Of a DNA stretch of 64,000 bases, positions 55,937-64,000 are shown piece after piece. Position 1 is the first letter of the stretch. Every line of letters begins with the position of its first letter. The position numbers were made by a program, and so were the translations under genes. The notes below the pieces were generated by a model, which saw only the letters and a program-made list of their open reading frames with translations, was not told the DNA's origin and did no database searches. The stretch is from assembly GCA_036501625.1 (NCBI GenBank), contig DASXZY010000009.1, positions 28,117 to 92,116 of the forward strand, written 5' to 3'. Source of the stretch: Verrucomicrobiia bacterium (GTDB taxonomy: Bacteria > Verrucomicrobiota > Verrucomicrobiia > Limisphaerales > Palsa-1400).

Positions 55937-58900
55937 ATGACTCCTATTGACACACACGACCAGGGGAAGGACTGGCTTGAGCGCGGCCGTTCCATGCGGT
56001 GGATTTTGCTGGGCTGGCTGAGCGCCTGCCTCTGCGCCTCCGCCCAGGTGACGGTGGATACCATCGGCGGCGGAGTGCGGGTTGAATGCGGCTCGGCGGC
56101 GGGATTTTTCGGCGGGAACACTTACGAGCAGGCGCAGTTTAACGCGCCTTTCTCCTGCGCGCTGGATACCAACGGCAATCTTTGGATCGCGGACAAAAAC
56201 AACTCTGACATCGAGCAAGTCAGCGAAGCTGGCGACAAGACCGATAGCATCACGACTGAATACTATACAATCAGCGGCACGTCGCCTCACTTCGTAACAA
56301 ACTATCACGCGTTTACGAACGTCACCGCCGTGGCGGTGGACCCGGCCAATAATCTTTACGTTCTGCTGCCTTCGCCGCCCCAAGTCATCAAATACAGCCT
56401 GACCAGCGAATCTTCGACCATCAATCTCCTTTCCGCGGAGCAATTGGGCGGTGCGCCGGCCGGGGCCGTGCCATCGGCCATGGCCGTGGACGCCAGCTCG
56501 AATGTCTTTCTGGCGTTTACCAACGGTGTCATCCTGCGATTTCAAATGCTGGACATCAATCCGCCGCCCACCATTTACTCCAACAGCTACGTCAATGGAG
56601 TTTCTCCCCGCATCCATTACGTCGTGAACAGTTTCGGATGGAAGCCTTCCGGCCTGGCGTTAACGGCCAATGGGCAACTCGCCGTCAGCGACACCATGAA
56701 CAACGCGATCTGGCTGGTGGCCACCAATGATTATACTGCCAACTCCGGCCCTCATTTGTTGACTGGCGGCAACGGAGCCGGTTACAGCGATGGAAGTTCC
56801 ACGTTTGCCCAGTTTGACCAGCCTTACGGCTTGGCGGCGTCCTCCGACGGGCATCTGGTCGTGTGCGACACGATGAACAATCGCGTGCGCGTTATTGATA
56901 CTTCCTCCAATACCGAGACCATTTACGGAACGGGCAGCAACGTCTGGACGGGCACGTGCTGCAGTTGCAATCCGACCTTTTACGCCGGCTGGGTGGACGG
57001 AACGGCTGGCAGCGCCTTCAACAGCGCGTCCGGGCGCGAGCCAGTCAGCGTGGTCATTTCGCCTTCCGGTTCGCTTTTCGTGACGGAGCTGTATTACAGC
57101 CTTATTCGCGAAGTCACTGGCGCGCCTTTGCTGCCTGTCAATCTCAACGGAACTTTGGCGGTGGCCATATCGGAGGCGGCGACGGGAATCAGCACCACCA
57201 ACGGCACGCTCAACGGCAGCATTAATCCGGGGAATGAGACGACTTCCTATTTCTTTGAGTATGGCCTGACGACCAACTACGGAACCTTCACGGCGACCAA
57301 TCAACTGATCACCAACTTGACGGTCAGCCAGCAAGTCTCCGCGGTGATTAATAGTTTGACGCCCGGAACAATCTATCATTACCAACTGGTGGCTTACAAC
57401 GGGTTCGGATTCTCCTTCGGAGGCGACACCACGATCGTGACGCCTGCTGAACTGCCTGTCATCGAAACACTGCCAGCCACCAACATCACTTTCGGCAGCG
57501 CCACCCTGCAAGCGATCGTCAATCCCGAATACTCGCAGACCGCGGTCACCTTCCTGTGGGGCATCGGCACCAACTTGACAAATATCACGACGCCCATCGT
57601 CTTGGCGACCAACTTGGCCGGCAACCAGCAGGTGTCCGTCACGCTCAGCAATTTGACAGAGGGGGCCATCTACTATTTTGAAGCGGTGGCCAGCAGCAGC
57701 GGCGGCAGCGCTGCCGGAGCGACGCTTGTTTTCAGCACGGTTTCGGGCGCGGTGGTGACGTTCCCCGCGACCAACGTGACCCCCAGCAGCGCGACTCTGG
57801 AGGCGACCGTCAATCCCGGAGGTTCGCCGGCGACAGTTTATTTTCAGTGGGGCACGACGCCCAGTTTCGGCAGCCTGACCGCGCCAGTCAATGTGACGCA
57901 AAACCTGGGCAGCGTTCAGGGCGTCTCTTCAAGCTTAGGCAATTTGCAGCCGGACACGACTTACTATTTCCAGGCGGTGGCCAATAATACTGGCGGAACT
58001 ATCTACGGCAACACGTTGAGTTTTACGACACCGCCGACGCTTTCATTCTATCCCAGCAACGGCTACTTCCCGGAGTGCGTGACTATATTTGTCACCAGCA
58101 GCGTGCCGACGATCTATTTCACGACCGATGGCTCCGCGCCGACGACGAACAGCCAGGAGATTATTCTGGCCGCCATGCCCCAGCCAGGAACCTACTCCGG
58201 TTCGTTAATTTGGTGCGAGCCTCTGCTGAATTTGAGCGCGCTGCATCTGCTGGCCTCCAATGGCACTAATAGTTCAACGTTGATGCAAGGCGGATTCCCG
58301 GCGACTAATTCAATCGGGTTTCCGCAAGCGTTGTCCGGCGGCCCCGGCTCCCATCTTTATATTCCGGTGGCGGTGCAACTCCAAACCAACGTGACGCTGC
58401 AATCGCTGCAATTTCGTGTTGAAATCAATGCCAATCAAAAAGGAACGCCCCAGATTGCGCCGATTCAGTTGCAGCCGCTGACCCCCAATGATTTGGTGGC
58501 GCTGCCCGGCCCCGCTCCCGCGGACGCGCCGGTTTCGTTCCAGACTTTTCCTTACACGACCTCGAGCAACGGACAGGGACTGGTCATCACGGCCGAAGGC
58601 GGCAGTTCCGGGCTGAACATGCAAGGCTCTGGCGTGGTGGTGATGCTTCATATCCAGATGCCGGTCAGCGGCGTTTACGGACAAAGCTATTCTCTGAATG
58701 TGTTGAATCCTTCAGGCACTTCCGACGGCCAGCAAACTCCGGTTGGGCTGACTACCCTAGCCGTGCAGACTTTGACCAATCAATACACGCCCTATATGGT
58801 CGGTGATTCCTCTCCCAGCACCGGCTATAACGCCCAGCAATTTGGCGACAAGGGTGACATCAACGGCATGGGTGCCGCCGGCCTGGCCAATGCAGATGTC

Positions 58901-60076
58901 AATAATGCGATCTACGCCTCCGTCGGCATCCACGTGCCGCCGTCCGACAGCGACATTTTCAACGCCATGGATGCTTATCCTCCGGATTCGGCCGGGCACG
59001 GCGGCGACGGCGTCATCCAGTTCCTGGATTGGCAAACCATCCTCGGACGGTCTCTCGGCGTGTCAATTTATCTGGGCATGGACACCAATAACTACCTGCG
59101 TTATTGGACCAATGGCGATACCACGTCGCCATCGCACAGCCGCTACAACGAATGGATTCCGGGCGGGCCAGCCGTGCCGCTCTCCGCTGAATCCGGACTC
59201 GCTTTCCACGGCGCCTCGAAACTTGAAGTCGGCGGAACTCCGGCGGGATTGGTCTGGTTCTGCCAGGCATCCGTCGGCTCCGGCACAATTGTTGACGCGC
59301 TGCCGGGCAACACTTACTCGCTGCCGGTTTATGTGAATATTCTGCGGGGTTACAACGTGGCCGGGATGCAATTCCGCGCCACCGTGACAGGCAGCACGGG
59401 CGCGCCCGCCGTCAGTTCCATCCAATTTAATCCAACCGCCGGTGTGCCTGCCCCGATGGTTTTGCAGGGGTTGGGCGGCAATGACAAAATTCAGGCTTGG
59501 AGCTTCGGTTCGTTTGCCACGCCGCTGGCGAGCAGCAATTTGCTTGGAACCATTTCATTCCAGGTGCCGAACGGAGCGGCCCCAGGGGCCTGTTACGCCC
59601 TGCATTTTTCGGGCGTGGACGGCGCGCCGGACTTTACCGTGGACTACCAGATGGACAGCCATCCCGGCTTTGTCTGGGTCATGTCCGCCGCGCAGCAGCC
59701 GGCATCCATCACATCGGACGAATGGAAGATGGCGTTTTTCGGCAGTTTGACCAGCAGCCAGGCGGCTGACAATTCCGATGCCGACGGCGACGGAGCGCTT
59801 AACTGGCAGGAATATCTGGCCGGGACTAATCCGACCAACTCCCGATCTTATCTGCAATTCAACAGCGCCAATCTCTACAACAACGGCGTTCGCGGCATCG
59901 CCATCAACTGGCTGACCGCGCCCGGCAAGACTTACGTCCTGCAATCCAGCCCGGCTTTGATGAACCCGCAGTGGACGCCCATGAACACCAACACCGGCGA
60001 TGGCAACCAGTTCCAATGCATCGTCACCAACGTGAGCGGCACCGCCCGCTTCTACGAGATACGCCTCCAGCCATGA
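55937..60076 (+). CDS. Giant secreted NHL-repeat beta-propeller protein (1379 aa) with five Fn3-like repeats, a DxDGDG calcium-binding-like motif and the shared C-terminal module
   Basis: Signal peptide MRWILLGWLSACLCASAQ. NHL-like repeats (FNAPFSCALDTNGNLWIADKNNSDI; FDQPYGLAASSDGHLVVCDTMNNRVRVID). Five ~100-aa repeats (TNGTLNGSINPGNETTSYFFEYGLTTNYG...). C-terminus reads ...DADGDGALNWQEYLAGTNP...GKTYVLQSSPALMNPQWTP...ARFYEIRLQP. It starts 16 bp after pilQ. Confidence 0.85.
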   Translation: MTPIDTHDQGKDWLERGRSMRWILLGWLSACLCASAQVTVDTIGGGVRVECGSAAGFFGGNTYEQAQFNAPFSCALDTNGNLWIADKNNSDIEQVSEAGDKTDSITTEYYTISGTSPHFVTNYHAFTNVTAVAVDPANNLYVLLPSPPQVIKYSLTSESSTINLLSAEQLGGAPAGAVPSAMAVDASSNVFLAFTNGVILRFQMLDINPPPTIYSNSYVNGVSPRIHYVVNSFGWKPSGLALTANGQLAVSDTMNNAIWLVATNDYTANSGPHLLTGGNGAGYSDGSSTFAQFDQPYGLAASSDGHLVVCDTMNNRVRVIDTSSNTETIYGTGSNVWTGTCCSCNPTFYAGWVDGTAGSAFNSASGREPVSVVISPSGSLFVTELYYSLIREVTGAPLLPVNLNGTLAVAISEAATGISTTNGTLNGSINPGNETTSYFFEYGLTTNYGTFTATNQLITNLTVSQQVSAVINSLTPGTIYHYQLVAYNGFGFSFGGDTTIVTPAELPVIETLPATNITFGSATLQAIVNPEYSQTAVTFLWGIGTNLTNITTPIVLATNLAGNQQVSVTLSNLTEGAIYYFEAVASSSGGSAAGATLVFSTVSGAVVTFPATNVTPSSATLEATVNPGGSPATVYFQWGTTPSFGSLTAPVNVTQNLGSVQGVSSSLGNLQPDTTYYFQAVANNTGGTIYGNTLSFTTPPTLSFYPSNGYFPECVTIFVTSSVPTIYFTTDGSAPTTNSQEIILAAMPQPGTYSGSLIWCEPLLNLSALHLLASNGTNSSTLMQGGFPATNSIGFPQALSGGPGSHLYIPVAVQLQTNVTLQSLQFRVEINANQKGTPQIAPIQLQPLTPNDLVALPGPAPADAPVSFQTFPYTTSSNGQGLVITAEGGSSGLNMQGSGVVVMLHIQMPVSGVYGQSYSLNVLNPSGTSDGQQTPVGLTTLAVQTLTNQYTPYMVGDSSPSTGYNAQQFGDKGDINGMGAAGLANADVNNAIYASVGIHVPPSDSDIFNAMDAYPPDSAGHGGDGVIQFLDWQTILGRSLGVSIYLGMDTNNYLRYWTNGDTTSPSHSRYNEWIPGGPAVPLSAESGLAFHGASKLEVGGTPAGLVWFCQASVGSGTIVDALPGNTYSLPVYVNILRGYNVAGMQFRATVTGSTGAPAVSSIQFNPTAGVPAPMVLQGLGGNDKIQAWSFGSFATPLASSNLLGTISFQVPNGAAPGACYALHFSGVDGAPDFTVDYQMDSHPGFVWVMSAAQQPASITSDEWKMAFFGSLTSSQAADNSDADGDGALNWQEYLAGTNPTNSRSYLQFNSANLYNNGVRGIAINWLTAPGKTYVLQSSPALMNPQWTPMNTNTGDGNQFQCIVTNVSGTARFYEIRLQP

Positions 60077-63000
60077 GAAATACAGTTACCAGTTACAACC
60101 GGCTCGCTCTGGGAATCCTGGCCGCATTTGTGTTCGCGTGGCCGGCTCGCGGGCAATTCGTCGGCACCGCTGTCAGCGGACTCGGCGCGCCCTCAAGTGT
60201 CGCGGTCGATTCCAACAACAACCTTTACATCGCCGACACCTACAATAATCGCATTGCCGTTTATGTTCCCTCCAGCGGATCGCTGACCACCCTCGCTGGC
60301 TCGGGCGCCCAAGGCACCAACGATGACAATGGCGCCGATGCCAGCTTTGATTTGCCGTGGGGCATGGTCGCGGTGGGGAATGGCCTGATCGTTTCCGACT
60401 ACGGCAGCGGTTTGATTCGCTTCGTAAGTTTCGATGGCGACGTTACGACCATCGCGGGCCAGGCATTTTCGTTTTTGAACGCGCCATTGATTACCAATGG
60501 GCCTGCGGATTTGGCCACCTTCAGTTTCCCGGCTGGACTCGCGGTGGATAACGGGGGAAATATTTACGTGGCAGACTCGCAGAACAATGCCATCCGTGAG
60601 ATTGACACCAACGGCAACGTCTCCACCGTGCCCGTGAATAATGGATATAATTTCAACCTGCCGACGGCCGTGGCCGTGGACCAAAATGGCTATATCTGGG
60701 TGGCCGATTCCGGCAACAACCGCATTTGCCTCGTCAGCAATGGAATCGTCACGGTCAAGGCGGGAAGCGTCACTGGCGCGGCGGGAACCAACGATTCCAA
60801 CAAGCCGCTCAACGCGCTATTCCGTTCGCCTTCGGGTTTGTGCTGGCTGCCCAATGGCTCCGCCCTTTATATAAGCGACACTGGCAATGACACCATCCGC
60901 AGTTACTTTTTTACCAATGGCTCCTACCAAGTGCAAACCGTCGGCGGACTCCCCGGCCATCCGGGGTTAGTCAATGGCGCGCTTTCGACGGCGGAACTGA
61001 GCAGCCCGATTGGCGTGTGCGCCGATCCGGCGGATTTTGGCTTCTATGTGGCGGACAGCGCCAACAATGCCGTGCGCGTCCTCCAGCCGACTGCGCCCTT
61101 GCCGGCTGTGCCCGCGCCCGTGTTCGGCTATGTCACGTTCCCGGCCAGCGCGAATCCGGCCAATACATCCATCTTCGTCGCCTCCTCTTCGGCCATTTTC
61201 AACAACATCACCAATATCGCGATCGAAGCCGATCAAGGCTCGGAAACCTACATTTCGTTTGGGCCGACCGGCTCCGTCATTCCTCGCCCGGGGCCTGGCA
61301 CTGACACCCCGCCGATCTATCCCGGCGATGGCAACAACCCATCGGAGATCGCCTCCGCCATTGCGCCCGGAGCCGGCACCAATGACATCACCATTTACGC
61401 CATCAGTGTTCAGTCGGGACGGCAATCCAGCCCAATTGTCAGCGCGCGGTTCCAGTTTATCACGGCCAATCCAAGCGTCGCGGGCAACAACGCCGCCAGC
61501 CTTCTCATCAACGACCCGACGGCGGGCGCCGACATGTATTACACCATTGACGGCTCAACACCGACGAACAACGGGACCAGCCAGGGGCCGATTAGCGCCG
61601 GCACCACCTTGTCCCTGGACATCACGACCAACGTGATCTTCCAGATTCGCGCGTTCACAACCGGCCTGGCTCCCAGCCAGATCATCCACACAGCCCTTTC
61701 GTTCTCCAATGTTTTCGGGAACCAAATGACATGGGGATTCGCCAGCGGCCTTGGTTCCACGCATTACATCACCGCGCGCAACATAAGTTTCTCCGCCCCG
61801 GTGACCTTCATCCCCATTCCCGGCAGCCCGCTCATCTACACGATGCAATATGACTTGACAGTGACTAACAATGGGGCCGCCGCGCCGCCCATGTTAACCT
61901 CCAACAACTTTATCACGCACCTGCTGGATCCCGATCCGACGCCGCCGATTTTTAGACTGCTTCCTCCGGGCATTTTTGATGAGCTGGATGGCCTGACCAA
62001 TAACGGCTTCTCGAACACACAGACAGATTCGCTGGAACTGGCCTGGCTTGTCACGCCGCCCGTGACCAATTTGTACAAAAGCCCGAACCTGCTGGAGTAC
62101 TCCGGCGTGGACGAAACGCTGCTCACGCTGGAAGCCAATGGAACTCTGATGGGCGAACTGAGATTTGTTATCCCGAACAACGCCCTTCCCGGCGCTCCTT
62201 TCACGCTGCGAATCTCGCACTCATCGGCCAGCACCTATGTCGATCCCGATTGCTGCGGACAGCCGATCAATGTGCTCGTGCAGGCTCCAACCAACGGCCC
62301 TCTGACCGGCACCGTGCCCAACGCTGTCAAATTGGTGACGGTTCTGAGCAACAATTCGCCCGAGAGCGCGCACCTGGTCGGCGATGTTTTCCCTTATACC
62401 TGGTATAACATCGGGGATTTCGGCGACGGCGTGCTGCTGAACGACGACGTCATTGAAACGATGGAATTCGCCTTTGACACTTTCGGCGCGTATCCCACCA
62501 ACAACCCGTATTACAACGCGATGGATTCCGGCAACGGCACCGTCGATACATTTTACGGCGCCACCGATGCGTATATTGACGCGATCTCCAATGGCGACGG
62601 CTACATTGGTTTGGACGACGTCTATGTGACACTCCGCCGTTCCCTGGACCCCGCCCTTGTCAATTATTCCCGGTATTGGTCCGGTTCCAATTGGGTGCCC
62701 GCTGTTTACAACAGCTCCGTTCAACTGAGCGCGCATAACACCTCGCCGGCGAAGCTCGTCGCGAGCGCGCCCCGTTATGTCACCGTGGGGGCCGATCAGG
62801 TCCAAACCGGCGGCGGCCTGACGGCGCAAGTGCCCATCCGCGTGCTCGCGGCCGACGCCGTTTATCCGATTAAGGTGACGATGTTTAACGTCGAGATCGA
62901 TCCGCTGGACGGCTCGCCGCCCATCACCGCCGAAGTGACATTCAACGCCGTGTCCAATCTGGGCGCGCCTTACGCGGCGATTTCTGAAGGAATTAACTAT

Positions 63001-63582
63001 TACGGCGCTGCCTGGCTGGACTCGACCGTTGCGGGGGTGAGCGGAACCAGCGTCATCGGAACGCTCACCGTCACACTGCCTCCGAACGTCACTTCCAATT
63101 CCGCCTACCGGGTCCATTTCGACCAGTTCAGCGCGTCCCCGAACGGCCTGGCTCTTTTCAAAACGACAACGCGCGACGGATTGATTACCGTTGGCAACCG
63201 CAGCGGCTCCAGTTGGAACGACGGCATTCCTGACACTTGGCGGCTGCTCCATTTCGGCACCATTTACAATTCTCTCTCCGCGGCCAATGAAGATCCCGAT
63301 GGCGATGGCGCGTCCAACTGGCAGGAATTCATTGCCGGCACGGACCCGCTGGATGCCTCGTCCGTGTTCAAGTTCACGCCGTCCGCGGGGCCGTCCGGGC
63401 AATACTTCACATTGCAGTGGCCCTCGGTGGTCAACAAAAGCTATTCCATCCAGTATTCCACCTCGCTCGGAGGCGCCTGGAGCGCTGCCGCCAGCAACAT
63501 CTCCGGCAACGGCCAGCCATTGCAATGGACTGACACCAACGCCTCCGCCGGCGCGCGCTTCTACCGCGCCTTGGTGCAATAA
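60073..63582 (+). CDS. Giant secreted NHL-repeat protein (1169 aa from MRNTV; 1203 aa in the track) with a DPDGDG motif and the shared C-terminal module
   Basis: ATGA overlap with the upstream giant gene. Signal peptide MRNTVTSYNRLALGILAAFVFAWPARGQ. NHL repeats (PSSVAVDSNNNLYIADTYNNRIAVY; FPAGLAVDNGGNIYVADSQNNAIREID; LPTAVAVDQNGYIWVADSGNNRI). C-terminus reads ...EDPDGDGASNWQEFIAGTDP...KSYSIQYSTSLGGAWS...ARFYRALVQ. Confidence 0.85.
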   Translation: MRNTVTSYNRLALGILAAFVFAWPARGQFVGTAVSGLGAPSSVAVDSNNNLYIADTYNNRIAVYVPSSGSLTTLAGSGAQGTNDDNGADASFDLPWGMVAVGNGLIVSDYGSGLIRFVSFDGDVTTIAGQAFSFLNAPLITNGPADLATFSFPAGLAVDNGGNIYVADSQNNAIREIDTNGNVSTVPVNNGYNFNLPTAVAVDQNGYIWVADSGNNRICLVSNGIVTVKAGSVTGAAGTNDSNKPLNALFRSPSGLCWLPNGSALYISDTGNDTIRSYFFTNGSYQVQTVGGLPGHPGLVNGALSTAELSSPIGVCADPADFGFYVADSANNAVRVLQPTAPLPAVPAPVFGYVTFPASANPANTSIFVASSSAIFNNITNIAIEADQGSETYISFGPTGSVIPRPGPGTDTPPIYPGDGNNPSEIASAIAPGAGTNDITIYAISVQSGRQSSPIVSARFQFITANPSVAGNNAASLLINDPTAGADMYYTIDGSTPTNNGTSQGPISAGTTLSLDITTNVIFQIRAFTTGLAPSQIIHTALSFSNVFGNQMTWGFASGLGSTHYITARNISFSAPVTFIPIPGSPLIYTMQYDLTVTNNGAAAPPMLTSNNFITHLLDPDPTPPIFRLLPPGIFDELDGLTNNGFSNTQTDSLELAWLVTPPVTNLYKSPNLLEYSGVDETLLTLEANGTLMGELRFVIPNNALPGAPFTLRISHSSASTYVDPDCCGQPINVLVQAPTNGPLTGTVPNAVKLVTVLSNNSPESAHLVGDVFPYTWYNIGDFGDGVLLNDDVIETMEFAFDTFGAYPTNNPYYNAMDSGNGTVDTFYGATDAYIDAISNGDGYIGLDDVYVTLRRSLDPALVNYSRYWSGSNWVPAVYNSSVQLSAHNTSPAKLVASAPRYVTVGADQVQTGGGLTAQVPIRVLAADAVYPIKVTMFNVEIDPLDGSPPITAEVTFNAVSNLGAPYAAISEGINYYGAAWLDSTVAGVSGTSVIGTLTVTLPPNVTSNSAYRVHFDQFSASPNGLALFKTTTRDGLITVGNRSGSSWNDGIPDTWRLLHFGTIYNSLSAANEDPDGDGASNWQEFIAGTDPLDASSVFKFTPSAGPSGQYFTLQWPSVVNKSYSIQYSTSLGGAWSAAASNISGNGQPLQWTDTNASAGARFYRALVQ

Positions 63583-63660
63583 AAATTCCATTCCGCGCAA
63601 ATTGGCCTTGCCAGTTTGGGGCGGGTGGTTTTAGCGTGAGGCTGGTGTTCAGCCAAAACA

Positions 63661-64000
63661 ATGATTGAACTGATCCAGTTTCCGTGGAGCCCTTTCTGCC
63701 TGGTGCAGCGGCGGATTCTCGAATATTCCGGCGCCCGGTTCAAAATTACCAATATTCCCAATCAGGACCGTTCCCTCGTCTGGCGCCTGACCCGCCAGCG
63801 CTATTACGGCATCCCCATCGTCCGCGACGGCCGCACGGTCGTCTTTGAAACGGAGGAGGATTCACAGGTCATCGCCAAATATCTCGATAGCAAATTGCAG
63901 TTGGGCCTTTTCCCCAGCCAGCTCCGCGGCGTGGATCGAATCCTGTGGCGTTGCATTGAAGACCCGATCGAAGGCGCCTGTTTCCGGCTCAACGATATCT
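63661..64000 (+). CDS. Thioredoxin-fold / GST N-terminal-domain-like protein (partial, runs off the window end)
   Basis: MIELIQFPWSPFCLVQRRILEYSGARFKITNIPNQDRSLVWRLTRQRYYGIPIVRDGRTVVFETEE... has the FPxSPFC glutaredoxin/GST-N-like pattern. There is no in-window stop. Confidence 0.45.
   Translation, partial: MIELIQFPWSPFCLVQRRILEYSGARFKITNIPNQDRSLVWRLTRQRYYGIPIVRDGRTVVFETEEDSQVIAKYLDSKLQLGLFPSQLRGVDRILWRCIEDPIEGACFRLNDI

Overview
This is a high-GC (~60%) window from a bacterial chromosome that includes the dnaA replication-origin region. The gene content points to Verrucomicrobia/PVC-like, possibly Chthoniobacter-like: a prepilin-type 'LIEMLVVISIIAILAALLLPAL' protein, an NHL-repeat giant protein and several large surface proteins. 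All domain calls below come from motif recognition by eye; no database search was possible.

Reading order:
- Partial sulfatase, an ABC ATPase and a discoidin-domain protein (all minus strand).
- glnB, then dnaA with DnaA boxes in the flanking intergenic regions, then an orphan ABC ATPase.
- A repeat-flanked, lower-GC islet carrying a DUF4157 HExxH toxin-like gene.
- Three secreted proteins of 2117, 783 and 2986 aa and two of 1379 and 1203 aa.
- An aldehyde dehydrogenase, a MoxR/DUF58 pair, DoxX, pirin, and a response regulator next to a frameshifted PAS sensor kinase.
- A complete pqqABCDE operon (pqqA was found by hand), a tRNA-Val, a pseudopilin-like protein and a flotillin.
- A same-strand exbB-exbD-tonB-exbD-araC-tpsB-tpsA block, i.e. 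a two-partner secretion system.
- A pilN-pilO-pilP-pilQ secretin operon running directly into two giant NHL-repeat proteins.

The most striking unexplained signals are four things. First, a conserved ~50-aa C-terminal module (GxxYxLQxSxxL...W...FYRxxxxP/Q) is shared by four giant proteins and by an orphan fragment. Second, the secretin operon is co-linear with two of these proteins. Third, a DUF4157 effector-like gene is bracketed by ~106-bp direct repeats, one of which is a 128-nt element with perfect 22-bp terminal inverted repeats. Fourth, there are long near-identical tandem repeats and a poly-Gly hexanucleotide tract inside the 2986-aa gene.
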